Positions 48,673 through 61,729 of a stretch of DNA of 64,000 nt are shown here, piece after piece (position 1 is the stretch's first letter; each line of letters opens with the position of its first letter). The DNA is from Stegostoma tigrinum (taxonomy: Eukaryota), in the NCBI RefSeq assembly GCF_030684315.1, contig NC_081356.1:115333723-115397722 (forward strand). Reading direction: 5' to 3'. The translations under genes were made by a program, and so were the position numbers. The notes beneath the pieces are model-generated. The model was given only the letters and a program-made list of their open reading frames with translations. It had not been told where the DNA came from and made no database searches.

Positions 48673-50000
48673 CAAAGAAAAAAGTGAAGCTAGCAACCGG
48701 TAAGTGGACTGCATAAATGCATTCTTGTATGCAATAATACCAATATGCTGTTACTGGTTCTGTAACTTGGAAAATAATGGAAGACATCGTGATTGACTGG
48801 TCTGATGGGTGTTTTGCATTTTATGTTCCGCGATGTGGTTCTCTGGCTGATTGAACAAGCCCTGCAATCCTGAATCTGTTACATTCACAGAGGTCTAAAA
48901 TGTTTGCAACATCGGAGGTCACATGGACCTGAACAGATGGATAAGCATGAAGGCACTGACAAGATAGACCACAGTAATAGTTAACCACAAGCACAGTCTG
49001 CTGAGATGGTGAACTGAGCATGGCTACGTGCCAAAATACTGTTGAGCCAAATCTAAGGGCTGTGTCCTCTCATTAGTTTGGAATTCAGAGAATGCAATCT
49101 ATAAACGTAAAAGGCCCTCTCAACCCTGACAGTTGTACAATATGATTAACATTATAATTAGTTATTATGGTTACTTTGGTCAGTCAGGCTCCGTCCAGAA
49201 AACAAAATAACAATCTTTCTTTTCTCTCAATATGTTGTTTGTCAGTCAATAAAATGAAATGCCTTTTTGTTTCAAAATAAACAGCACCTTTCCAAAATGC
49301 TTCTGCCAATGTTTAGAACATTCACTGAAGGTGAAAGAAAACAGCAGTTGAACAGAGATCCATTTGTTCCTTTGTAAAAAATATTTTTGCACTAGGCAGC
49401 AGGTGATGAGAAAAGTAAGAAACTAATTTTACTAAACTTGTGAGATTTTATCTGACGTATCGTATTGAAGGATGTGGGGAGCACGTAAGTGGATGAGGGG
49501 AATGGTTCTTGGCATGTGCAATGTCAAGGAGATTATATTTCTGCTTGTGTATTCATCCTTCCCCTTTTAATATTTCATCTATATGGCGCAAATCAGTATT
49601 GTAATGGTGAACAAATTTGCGACTGTCCAAGTTTATGATCTAAACTTGGTGGAGAAGTCCAAAATTAAGTGACAAAATCTGTTATTCCCAAATCAGAATG
49701 AGAATTAGATTTTATTATCAAGTACAAAAATATAAGGGTGCAGTAAGAAGTGTATAATTTCACCACACACGATGCCATCTTAGATACACAAAGTATCCAG
49801 TTACAAATCTTAGGTATTAAAATTGATTAGGTACAAAAATAGAGAAATAAAGAAAAAAGCTAAAAGTTCTACATTACAGTTCTTCATCATACAAATTGCA
49901 CCAGGAGTGTGTTAAACACCAAAGCTAAGCAGGATCCTACCTCACCCTCAAAAACACACAGGCCCATACACACATCAACACAGTCCCAAACTGACAGGCA

Positions 50001-50136
50001 NNNNNNNNNNNNNNNNNNNNNNNNNNNNNNNNNNNNNNNNNNNNNNNNNNNNNNNNNNNNNNNNNNNNNNNNNNNNNNNNNNNNNNNNNNNNNNNNNNNN
50101 NNNNNNNNNNNNNNNNNNNNNNNNNNNNNNNNNNNN
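50001..50136. other. Run of 136 N flanked by CA-rich sequence
   Basis: Directly visible. Confidence 0.99.
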
Positions 50137-50234
50137 AACGCACACAAACAGACACACTTACACATGGTTTGAGAAGAAGTGCAGAGAATGTTCCCTAGCT
50201 ATTCCTGGGATGAAGGAATCTTTGATCCGTTGAG

Positions 50235-51040
50235 TCTGCACTGATCCAAATACACTCATTCCACTTTCTAGCACTTAGTCTACAGCTTTCAAGTGCTTAT
50301 CCAAGTACTTTTAATGTAATTGTGATTCTGGCCTCTGCTACCCGCCCAGGCAGTGCATTCCAGATTCCTACCACCATCTGGGTGAAAATGATTTTCCCCG
50401 ACTGTCCTCGAAACCTCCCATCTTTCACCTTAAAATTATGCCTCCTCATTACTGACCCTCCAGTTACAGGGAACAGCTCCTCCCTATCCAAACTGTCTGC
50501 GCTCCTCATAATTTTCGATACCTCAATCCAGGACTCCTTCAGCCTTTACCGTTCCAAAGAAAACAACCCAAGCTTATCCAGCCTCCTTACATAACTAAAA
50601 TGCTTTATCCCAGACAACATCCTGATGAATCTCCTCATCACCTCCTCTCATGCAATCACATCCGTCCTGTAATGAGGCGATCAGAACTGCACACAGTATT
50701 CCAGCTGTGGCCTAACCAAAATTCTGTACAGCTCCAGTAGGACCTCCTGCTTTACATTACATTATTAGTCACCCTTTTAACCTTTCCTGCTACCTTCGGA
50801 TTTGTGCGGACATGCACTCCGAGATCCTCTGTTTGTCTAAGCTTCCCTGCATACTGTCATTCACTGAGCTTGCTCTTATCTTGCTATTTCTTTCAAAGTG
50901 CGTCACCTCATACTTTTCAAAGTTCAATTGCACCTGCAACTGACCTGCCCATCTGGTCAACCTGTCTACAGCTTCCTGAAACGTAAGACTTTCTCACTCA
51001 CCATTAACTGTCTGGCCAATCTTTGTGTGATCTGCAAATC
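50235..51040 (-). mobile_element. CR1 3' fragment
   Basis: Minus ORF DREELFP...RRHNFKV...IFTQMVVGIWNALPGRV. Confidence 0.85.
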
Positions 51041-52339
51041 TACAGAGCATTGCCCTCATATTCCCATTGCTGATGCATGTCACAAACAGTAAAGGACCTG
51101 ACACTGGTCTCTAAGGTACGCCATTGGACATTGGTCTCCTTACCTTCTGAAGAAAGGATGAACAGGTGGGGTTTAGAAGAGGGAGAGGTGATCTTACTGA
51201 AGCTGAATTTGGCTCTTACCTCAACCTGCCGTGGATCAGTGCCTGGCATCATAATTCCCCCATTCTATTTCATGCCCCTTTTGCATGCAAGTTAATTTTT
51301 CTTTTCCCTTCTCCCTCATTTTGTTGGCAGAATTTTCTTTCTTGTTCTCAAACAACTGCTGTGAATGTTCAAATGCTCACACCACATCACCATGAATAAA
51401 CTCAACTCTCATTTATGTGCTACCATTCGTGATTTTAATTCCCATGTACCTATGTAGAGAAATATGAGCTGTGTCTGAAAGCCCATGTGAAATTGATGGA
51501 TGGGTGGCTCCCCTTGCTGAAACCATGCCAGCCTGAACCCAAACTCCGAATCGGCTTTGGGTTTCAGATGGCAGCAGCTCACCAGTCAGGACGGTAGAGT
51601 GTACCCAGTTCCAAAGCTGCATGGTGGTGCAGTGCTGCCACATCCTTTTGTTTCATTTTCACAATTATCGATTATTGGGAACAGGGCTGTTTTAGGAAGC
51701 GAAACAGTCCACTCGGTTTGTAGATGCAAAGGGCAAGTTGCAACACAACCTCACAATCCTTGAGTGTCAGATGGTGGAATTTATTTTGAGAGTTACTCCA
51801 GACTTCTGCAGCAAACAGAAGTCAAATTGCTTACTTTCTCTCTACTGCCTTCAAACATGTCACGGATGAATTTTCTCCTCCCTAGGTATGTCAAGGCAGG
51901 CAGAAGGAAGGATAAATAATGGAGACATTGGGCCTGGGGAGATACCTGACAACTCAGTAATCAAGATCTGGGCAAGATGGTCAAAGGAGACCTTCCCGAT
52001 TCTCTATCCATTAAGGCCCTTGAAAACTAAACAATGTTAACTTGCCTCTGGCCCGATTCCCAAAAGGAAGTGATGCTGTTCCCCTGACAGCGAAGGGTGG
52101 CCTGCCTGCTGAATTGAGGTGGGGCCCCTTATGCCTCGATTTGGCAGCAAATGGAGACATGGACTGGGGAAGCAGGGGATATCTGAAGGCCAATCTCCTG
52201 TCCTTGTCTCCAACACCTCCCCTGCCCACCAACCCCACTCTTCCAGTGACATCTACCTCATCCTCACTGGGGCAATTCTACAAGGGTGTGCATCCTGGGA
52301 TTCCAGCAATTCTCTCCAGCTCCCAACAGCTGCAGCTTC

Positions 52340-52855
52340 GCGTGGGACGGGACTACAAAGCAGTTTCTGAACTGGAAATGATCCAGGGGAACTTTACTTG
52401 GCTGATGCCTGGAATCAGTAAGTTGTTTATGAGAATAGGTTAGAGAGGCTGGTCTTGTTCTCCTCGGAGTTTAGACAAGTGAGGGATAACATGATTGAAG
52501 TGTACAGATCCCAAATGGATTTGACAAACTGCACACGGAAGGAACATTGTCTCTTATGGCTGGCTCCAGAGCGAGGGGCATAGTTTTAAAATAATGTGTC
52601 AGTCTTTAAGGACAGAGATGCGAATATTTTTTGTCTCTCAAAAGGTTGTGCAACTTTGGAATTCTCTGTCTCAGCAGAGTGAGGGTCATTGAATACTTTT
52701 AAGACAGAGATGGATAGATTCTTACGAGGTAGAGGAATCTACACTTATTGGAGGAAGATGGGAATGTGGAATTCAAAACACTCATGGATCAGCCATGATT
52801 TTATTGAAAGAAGGAACAAGGAGAATGGGGCTGCACGGTCTACTTTTGCTCCTGT
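52340..52855 (+). mobile_element. CR1 3' fragment
   Basis: GGTTAGAGAGGCTGGTCTTGTTCTCCTCGGAGTTTAGA...GAGGGGCATAGTTTTAAAAT...TTTAAGACAGAGATGGATAGATT. Confidence 0.8.
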
Positions 52856-53127
52856 TTTGAGTGTTCAAATGTTGCCTGCTGAACTATCCTACAAACAGCC
52901 TGCTTTGATTTCAGCTCACTAATTTGGTGCAGGGATCCACAAAGATGTCCTTTACATTCACAAGGAGCGTCATGTCCGTTTCAAGGCGGTATCACCAGCT
53001 CCTGGGCAGCTGTAATCTCCAATGTAGTGATCTCCTCCTCCCTGGCACCAAATATCTCTCTCTTTCAATGTTCACCATGCCTCTTCCCAATTTTCGCAGT
53101 TGCCACGAAAAGGCTTGCATTTCATTA

Positions 53128-53251
53128 AGATAACAAGGTGTAGAGCTGGATGAACACAGGAGGCCAAGCAGCATCAGTTTGGCCTGATATGTTCATCCAG
53201 CTCTACACCTTGTTATCTCAGACTCTCAAGCATCTGCAGTTCCTACTATCT
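53128..53251. mobile_element. Very short palindromic PLE derivative with TSD, lacking the hammerhead
   Basis: AGATAACAAGGTGTAGAGCTGGATGAACA is perfectly inverted as TGTTCATCCAGCTCTACACCTTGTTATCT. Flanks CTTGCATTTCATT/CTTGCATTTTATT. Confidence 0.85.
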
Positions 53252-54084
53252 CTTGCATTTTATTCACCTGTATAAGATGACAACAAAGATAAATCCTGGT
53301 TGCCAACTGCAGTGCCAGGTAAATGAGTGAACTTAGGGTTAATCATTCCAAAATTGAAAGCCTATTGGCATCTGAGCTTGATTTTTTAACTGTGCTAACA
53401 TGGAAATTGCCATGGTCACATGCAGTGCAGGGTAGCGTTGCATTTAACATTCACCAATTCTGACAGACTAGTTGGGGACAAGTGTCACAGCAGAGCACTG
53501 CTGATTTCATAAAGAGATTATTAATTTGGATTTTGTTCTCACGCAAGAGTCACAGATATGTCATTATGTTTAACAGAGCACCTGCAAGGAAAGCTAACAG
53601 AGAATAGAGTCTCTGATGTGGTTTGGGAGCATAAACTGAGTGATAGCAAGGCATCAGCTTGCATTTTACATCTCTCCAATTAAATGCTACAGATAAAGGC
53701 TGGAGAAAAGTTTCTGGCCAGTAGTTTTGGATTCAGGCTGTTCCTAATTCCAGGAGCATTCCAACAGATCAAAAATTTCTAGAACATCTGATTCCTTGAG
53801 ACAGCCAATACTAAAACCATTTCCAAAAGCACTGGAATACCAGAAGCTGTTTAATTGGTTACTGAAATGGAGGGGTTAACTCCAAGTAAAATTTGAGTCT
53901 CTTTGCTTGTGGCATCCATTTAAAAGCACTACTATGTATTTAGCTGATGGTCGCATCAACTTCTGCTCTAGATGATGGTAAATGTGCTAGCACAAAATTC
54001 ATATCAGGGCCTGGGTGAATATACAGGCCTGACCTATGGCATGAAAATACCCGATTCAGCAACAAACAAGCATAATTTTTAAGA

Positions 54085-54221
54085 AGAAGGGTCTGAGGAA
54101 GAGTCACCGGGCCCGAAACGTTAACTCTGTTTTCTCCTTCACCGATGCTGCTACACCTGCTGAGCTTTTCAAGCAACTTTGTTTTTGTTCGATTTACAGC
54201 ATCCACAGTTCTTTCGGTTTT
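54085..54221 (+). mobile_element. PLE terminal arm (family B) with 12-bp TSD and hammerhead core
   Basis: CTGAGGAAGAGTCACCGGGCCCGAAACGTT at 54093-54122. TAATTTTTAAGA at 54073-54084 and 54222-54233. Confidence 0.8.
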
Positions 54222-54583
54222 TAATTTTTAAGAGAGCTGTTTTGGAAGTTGACAAATGGCAGAGTTGACATGTAGGAGATTAGTGATGAATCTGGCAGTC
54301 AGTTTATTTAGCAAGCATTCATGTGGGCAAGGCCTTTTAACTTCTCAAAGTCTGACTGCTCCCTTTAGAATGATCCTTAAAACATATCTTTTGGTCAAGC
54401 TTTTAGTCACCTGTCCTAATATTTCTTTTGTGACGATTGGTATCAAACTTTGTTACATTTGCAAAGCATGAATGAACTGCCACATTAAATGACTATCATA
54501 GTAAAATCCATTCTTTTGAAAATTTTTCTGTATTTTTAACTGTGGACTGAATTGGGAAAAGGAGTGTTTTCGAAACCAAAGAC

Positions 54584-55383
54584 TGTGGAAACGATTGTGA
54601 TGCCTTTTAATTGGAGCTATGTGACACTCTTTGGAAATGCTGTTTACACAGCCATTTTTTCAAGCAGCAGGGCCAAGCGGTGTATGAAGGGAGATTCGGC
54701 TATCAACAAGTATCTAATTGGTCTGGGAAGGGCGACCAGTGTCTATAGCAAGGCCAACAACTATCTGATTGATTTCCCAATGGTCAAACTACCTTTCTTC
54801 CGGGTAGGAGCTTCTGATCAGAAGCCATCAAACCTCTAAAAAGGAAGAAGCTGCCCTTTGCTCTACAAAGAACTCAAGCATGAAGAAAGCCAGTGCTCTT
54901 CCTCTCATCAGTTGCTATAAGCTGTGGCTTTCAATCAATAAGTCACAGACTTTATAAGTTGTGAACCAGTTGTTCTGTGCCTCCCGCAAGTAAGTAGAAA
55001 CACCTGGAGAAGGAAGATTGAGGAACCGCAAGCCAAACGATTCACCTCAGTGAACCCTGTGGACAGGGGCCATTGAACTGCCTTCCTAGTCTTTTTCTCT
55101 ATGCATGGCAGCCATTTTTTTTGTATCTGTCGATGTCAGTGGTGGGGAGTGTATAAGGGGGTTAAAATTTTATCTGGTAGAGTTACATGTTGACAGTTTA
55201 TACATATTTATTTGTAATAAATAGTAATTTTTTTCTTACTCAGTACAGAAACCCATTCCAAGTTGCATCTAAAAGACAGGTAAACTGGGGAATTTCAACT
55301 ACTTTCATAAACACTTCCGTACTTGCGACAATCTGGGAAAAACAGGGCCTGACTTCCCACATGCTACTCAAATGAGGCGTAAC
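54584..55383 (+). mobile_element. Possible solo LTR
   Basis: TGT start, AATAAA near 55217, end ...GGCGTAAC. No convincing TSD. Confidence 0.3.
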
Positions 55384-56489
55384 TACATAAATGCAAGTTA
55401 TAATTGCTGATCAAGTATTGGTTTTTGCTGCTACGAGCGATAATGCAGAGGACTGCATGTTTTCATTATAATGAAACAAACAATTAGGTTCAAAGAGATT
55501 CTAATTCCTCCTACTGCTTTAAATGGGGTAGAAACATGAGACAATTTTGATCACTTGTTCCATTGCTGAAACTACAATAACAGATTTCAAATATTGGGAA
55601 ACACAAAAAAACCATTCAATGATTGGCAGCACTCCAGAGAAATTCATCACGAGCCCTTTTATTTAGGGGCTGGGAATGGTGAGCTGGCCCAAAGTCTGAT
55701 ATATGAATGGATGGATGAACTGCAGTCTGCACTATCAACTGGAATGGAATGACCTCCAGCAAGTACAAAAGATACAGCTTCGCTGCAATTAGATTGCTCC
55801 CTGAAAACTTATTCCAAGAAGCTTGTTCTAGTGTTGATTTGGTTGTTCCAATGGGCTAAAATCAAAACAAAAATACAAGCATTGGGAAAGCAGTCAGTCC
55901 AGACAGTGGGTAAATCTTGCCTCTACATGACTTGTAAAATGGATAATAATGAAAATAATATTCAGACAATATACAATACAAACTCACTTAGCCATCAGAC
56001 AAAGTCAAGATCTGGGAAAATGTATGTCGGAGCATAAGCCACACTAACCAGGGGAATGGAGAGGAACAAGGAGTCAAAAGAAAGGCATTTAATCCATCAG
56101 GGTACTTCCCTCTGCTGACCTTTGGCAAATTTGCTCTTTTAAAACCCTCAGGACACTGGGCAGTTTCGGTGGCGAGACAAAAACAAAACATTCAGAAGAT
56201 GAAGTTCACTTATGATTTTTCTTCAACTCACAAAAAGTAATTATGCAAATCCCAGAACATCAATGCACTATTCAAGTCACATTAACCAACTCTGATCAGT
56301 AATGTTCTGCACATAGTACATCAGTGACGATGTTCAGTTTAAATACTTCACTGTCCGCTGGCCATGTAACACCTTCCATTCCATTTGGGGTCACATATTT
56401 CATGGTTTCCAAACGAATAAAGTAATGGCCCAGAATTAATGTTGCTCAAAAAGGTAGCAGACAAGAGGAGATAATGACATGCGCTCAGG

Positions 56490-57840
56490 CCATAGAGTAA
56501 TACAGTGCAAAAGAGGCCCTTCGCTCATCGAGTCTGTGATGACCCGCCTACACTCATCTCACTTTCCTGCATTTGGACCAAAGCCCTGAATGTTAATACA
56601 ATTCAAGTGCTCATCCAAATACTTTTTAAAGGTTATGAGCGTTCTCATCTCTATGACACTCTCAGGCAGTGCATTCCAGATTCCCACCACCTTCTGGGTG
56701 AAAGTGATTTTATTTAAATCCCATCTGAATCTACTATCTTTCACCTTAAAGGTATGCCCCCTCGTTACTGACCCTTCAACTTATAAGAACAGTTGCTCCT
56801 GCTCCACCACGTCCATGCCCCTCAATCTTATACATCTCAGTCAGGTCCCCCTCAGCCTTCTCTGCTCGAAATAAAACAACCCAAGCTTATCCAAGCTCTC
56901 TTCAGAGCTGAAATGCTCAGTCCCAGGCTACATCCAGATGAATCTCCTCGGCACCCCTCCAGTGCAATCACATCCTTCTTGTAGAGTAGAACTGCTCACA
57001 GTACTCCAGCTGTGGCCTAGCCAAAGTTTTGTACAGCTGCAACAAAACCTTCCTCCTCTTATAATTTATGCCACAACTGTTAAAGGCAGGTGTCCATATG
57101 CCTCCTTAACTGCCCTATTAACTTGTCCTGCCGCATTCAGGACAAGCACCCAAGATCCCTCTGTTCCTCTGAGTTTCCTAGTATCCTGCAATTCATTGAG
57201 TGCTTCCTCATCTTGTTACTTCTTCCAAAGTGCATCATTTCACACTTTTCAGATTTAAGTTTCATTTGTCACTGATCTGCTCATCCGATCAATCTGTCTA
57301 CATCTCCCTTTAATCTAAGATCTTCTTCCCCACTATTACCACCCAATCATTTTGTGTCATCTGCGAACTTACTTATCATCCCCCACGCATTCTCATCTGT
57401 GCTGTATATCTCACAAACAATAGCATTGACTCCTGTGGAATGCCACTAGGCACCAGCCTCCAATCACACAAACAGTCTGCTATGACCACCCTCTGCCCCC
57501 CAACACTAAGCTCATTTTGGATCTTTCTTGTCGAGTTACCATGCATCCCACATGCTTTTGCCTTCTTTCTCAGTGTCCCACATGGGACCTTGTCAAAGGA
57601 ATTGCCAAAATCCACATAAAGCACATCAAATGGAATCACCTCATGTGCATACATAACCGATCACCTCCTCAAAAAACTCAAACAAATTTATTAGGTGGTC
57701 TTCCCATGCACAAAGCCATACCGACTATTCCTGATCAAATCTTGCCTCACCAAATGGAGATGGATGCTCTCCTTCAGAGCTTCCCTAACAGTTTCACTGC
57801 TACTGCTGTAAGACTCACTGGTCTCTAATTTCCTGGTTCG
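56490..57840 (-). mobile_element. CR1 3' portion including RT remnant
   Basis: Minus ORFs DVLYVDFGNSFDKVP...SGIPQES and TFTQKVVGIWNALPESV. Confidence 0.88.
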
Positions 57841-59257
57841 CCGCTATCATACATGGGGATTTTATCGCAAAAGGTAGAAAATGACAATGCCTCACCCACG
57901 TTTACGATGTGCACAAAGTCTTGATACAGGTTAAGATGGAGGAAACAGCAGACTCTTAAGATTTAGCTGTAGAACAATAAAATGCTGATATTTTCATGCA
58001 TTTGTTTTCAAATCACTCCTCTCATTTCTGACAGGTTACCACCGTCAAACAAATAGCAAAAAGAGGAACAATCTTCCCAATCATTTATAGAGTTATAACA
58101 GCCCAGGAGGAAGGCACTTGGCTCCTTGACTCCAGTTATATGCTTTTCCTTCACAGCGTAGAGGAAATAAAATGTTGCATAAACACAAAACGTGCACCGA
58201 TACATTTCTTCACAAATGAGTTGCAAGGTCATTTCTGCTCCCACATCATTCTGAACCCTGAACTGACTTAGATAAAACAGAAGTTATATGAAGTGCAAAA
58301 TGCAATCTGTCCTCACACTCACTTGACTGCACCTACTCCTTTAAGCTTAAACTGCCCCCACTCCCAAACACTTTACCACCTTGGCAGAAACTCAAAGACA
58401 CCACAAAATGGAACTGGGACTCAGGATAAACAATTTGGGGCTTGGCCAACTGGCAAGTATGGCCTTATTTCCATGCTGTGCCTCTTCAATGCAGATGGGG
58501 AGGTCACTTTGACATACAGTTATAATAAATCTCACAAAAATAGACATTTCAAAGTTTCAACTTAATATTGAACATGTAAAGACATTAATCTACCACAGCC
58601 TAAAGCATGCTACATTCCTCTTTCGTTTCTTTTCAACAGAACAGCAAAATGATCATGTGTGAATATCATTTTTGAGAAGGGCTATGAAAATAAAGTGATG
58701 TTTCTCCCTAAAATGTCTAAATGTGAACTGAAGAGAAATAGGGCTTGGACTGGAGTGGGGGGACAAGAGTTCTGCATTCATGGCTGCCTGTGGAGTGTAA
58801 AGGCAGTCCCTTTGCTGTGCACTTTCCAAAATCAAACTGACACAAAACAAGTGACTTGCATTAACAGGTGCCTGGCAGTCAGAGGGTTAGAAAGGGCTGC
58901 AGAAAAATCATTGGTCGTTCAGGATTATATCTCACCAGGGGTTTGTGGGTGGGCAGATGATAAAAACAGTGTACGCCTAAACTTCCAGAAAGAAACCAAG
59001 GTTTCAAATCATTGGTCTGGGTCACATTTCACACACGATTAATAGAATCTCCAAACAGTAGCATTGCACTTTCAGCATTTTCTTACCATGTATATGATCT
59101 ATAAGCTACATCTTGAGCCTCGTTAAATTTTAGAATTTGCTGAAATACTTCTGTTGTGATGATCCAGGTGAGAAAAAAAGTGGAGATTTGGTGGAATTCT
59201 TGAACATTTCCTTATGAGTTATGTATTACAGTGTAACAAAGACTTGAGAAAAGAAAT

Positions 59258-59625
59258 AACAATGTGCATTTACTTTGCACGTTTTAAAATGTCAGGGGAT
59301 TTCAGATCACTTATAAATGAATGAAATACTTCCGAAAGAGTAGTCACCCTCAGAATGCAGGAAACATGGTGCCAATTTGGACACAGCAAACTGCTGAAAA
59401 CAGAAACATGATAACTACGAGATAATCTGCTTTTGTGATTTTGGTTGAGAGATCTGCATTGAGAAAGGAAACCCAGGGAGTAATTTATCTCCCACTGCAG
59501 CCCCCAGCCCCACCGCCCAACTTCATCAAGTCTTCTTCATAGAATTGTCGTTAGAGCTTTTAAATCTACCGGAGAGAACTGCAGGCATCTGGTTCAGCAT
59601 CTTATCCAGAAGAACGCTGTCCAGA
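59258..59625 (-). mobile_element. DeuSINE-like element, old
   Basis: GCCAATTTGGACACAGCAA and AGATAATCTG are reverse-homologous to 61400-61590. Confidence 0.55.
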
Positions 59626-60277
59626 TACAAAATCAATTCGAAGATCAATACAGTCTTTCCCAACTTACAACAGCTGACTTCAGTGTTTGAAAAGCACTTG
59701 AGGTCCCCTGAGACATGAACTGCACTATAAAATGTGCAAGTCTTTCTTTAATATTCGCAGATTCTGATGGAGAATAACACGCACATTAGAAAGGGTTTTC
59801 TCATTAATTGAGAAAGCAGAAGAAGCAAAAGCTAGACAGTCCCCTCAGTCACAGAGATGCTACAAACAGGTTTCCCATGACTTTACCCTCTGTGGCCAAT
59901 TTACTGACACGCACTAGCTAAAGTGTTTTTATTAATCTGCTGGCCGTTCCACATTTAAACAAATGACAGTCACGGTATCAGGATATCCCAAAAGCGCTCA
60001 GCAAACATGAATTACTTTTCAAAGTCATTGTAATTTAGGGAAATTAGTGGATATTCTGAGAAAATGTTGGTGGTGAGCCTTCCCATTGAGAAATGACACA
60101 AACGGAAGGAAACAACTTCAAACGCTTTGCATTACTTTGATGGTCACAGCAGTGAATTGCTGAGACACACAAATCCGGAAAATCCAAAGTACAGTAACTG
60201 GTGTGCGTCAAATTATCCCAGTCGTGATGCTAGTAGGGGCTTACAACTGGCCTTCCACAGAATGGGGAATGGGAGAT

Positions 60278-60445
60278 AATGATGGAATAGTGACAATATC
60301 TTCAGACCAGTAATACAGAAGTCCTTGCTAATGCCCTGGATTCAAATATCACTCTAGAAACTGAGAAAACTGATGCAATTTAAATTCAAATGATCAATCT
60401 GGAATTAACAAGCAAGTCTCTGGAATTGTGACCATGACAACCACA
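60278..60445 (+). mobile_element. SINE 5' fragment (family of 2557-2886)
   Basis: GATGGAATAGTG...GGATTCAAAT...ATCTGGAATTAA. Confidence 0.55.
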
Positions 60446-60490
60446 CGCTGAAATGGAGAAGGCTTATACAGGAAGGCACTCAACGAATTG

Positions 60491-60727
60491 AGAACAAAAA
60501 CAGAAGTTGCCAGAAAAGCTCAGCAGGTCTGCCGGCATCAGTGAAGAAAAATATCAGAATTAATGTTTTGGGTCCGGTGACCCGAAGTTCTGAAGAAGGG
60601 TCACCGGACCCGAAACGTTAACTTTGGTTTTTCTTCACAGATGCTGCCAGACCTGCTGAGCTTTTCCAGCAACTTCTGCTTTTGTTCCTGATTTACAGAA
60701 TCTGCAGTTCTTTCGGGTTTTTATTTA
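60491..60727. mobile_element. Palindromic PLE derivative (family B) with one-sided tail
   Basis: GAACAAAAACAGAAGTTGCCAGAAAAGCTCAGCAGGTCTG...GGGTCCGGTGACCC is inverted as GGGTCACCGGACCC...CAGACCTGCTGAGCTTTTCCAGCAACTTCTGCTTTTGTTC. Confidence 0.88.
60584..60625 (+). ncRNA. Type I hammerhead ribozyme, best-formed copy
   Basis: Helix I GAAGTT/AACTTT, core CTGAAGA(+A), stem II GGGTC-ACCG-GACCC, GAAA, palindromic stem III ACGT, triplet GUU (predicted cut after 60619). Confidence 0.75.
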
Positions 60728-61240
60728 GTATTCAACCCATTGACAGACCTCATCAAGAACATGGGGAGGCAAAGTCAAGGCATCAGAGAGCGTGCACAAC
60801 AAGACCCCTACCTGCCCTTACAAGCACCACCTACTCTGCACGTGGCAAATTTGCAAACCAGGTACAGAGTTTATCAGCCACCTCTTCATCCGCTGAAAGA
60901 GAGAGGAAATAAGTCATCCCTTGAACCCCAGGGGTCTACAAAAGAGTCGAGACTAGATGCTTATTTAGCCAAATACAACAAAACCTGACTACCATTTGTT
61001 ACTGTAGCCAGGGACAATCCCTCGACTTAAAATCATACAGTTACACCAGACAAGAATCAGCAGTGAGGGTTCAGACATCCCAACCAAGAGCAGGATGATA
61101 AAAGACTAACCATGTGATAGAGAAATAAACTGGGCTGTAATCTCAACACTCTGGGCATTAGGTCAGTAACCCAGCATCATGGCAAGGCAGTACAAGGTTA
61201 ATATTCAACTCCCTTCCCCTTACTCAAACTACTGGAGATC

Positions 61241-61590
61241 TGCGGCTCAGTGGTATCAATGGCAGCTCTAAGGCGGAGGCTATAGCTTCAAACTGTGCTC
61301 CAGAGATTTGAGCTTATGATCCAGCCTGACACTTCACTGCAGCACTCAGAGAGCCCTGCAATGGCAGGGGCAATGTCCTGGTCATTGCTGAATCAACACC
61401 GTTAAAAACAACAGATTATCAACTCTTACGTGACTGCTGTTTGTGGAACCATGCTGCGTCCAAATTGGTGTCTTTGTTTACTACAACAATCACTACACTT
61501 TAAAAAAACAATATGTAATTGGCTGTAAGTGATTAGGAACATTCTGAGGTAATGAAAACAGACATAGTTTAAATACAAGTGATTTCTTTT
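61241..61590 (+). mobile_element. DeuSINE-like (SacSINE1-like) element, internally deleted
   Basis: tRNA-like head GGCTCAGTGG, then CTCCAGAGATTTGAGC...CTGACACTTCACTGCAGCACT, ACAGATTATC...TGCTGTTTGTGG...CAAATTGG and an L2-like tail. Confidence 0.65.
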
Positions 61591-61729
61591 TAAAAGGGCA
61601 ATGAACCAGTGATAAGATCCAAAAGTGGTCTTTTATTACAAAAATTGATTCTAATAAAACAAATCTCAAAACTATTAACTGCTGATACCACCTGTAAAAT
61701 GTGAAAGCACAGCCTACCCATAAGATAAT

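Noticed and set aside
48647-48704. Plus-strand micro-exon (TTTTGTAG...GTAAGT)
   Set aside because: The acceptor lies in the decayed terminus of the old PLE, the length is not a multiple of three, and the peptide is unrecognised.
53128-53218. Pre-miRNA hairpin
   Set aside because: The hairpin is fully explained by inverted PLE termini with a TSD, and there is no expression evidence.
58620-58700. Strong splice acceptor TTTCGTTTCTTTTCAACAG
   Set aside because: All three downstream frames stop within ~40 nt and no good donor follows.
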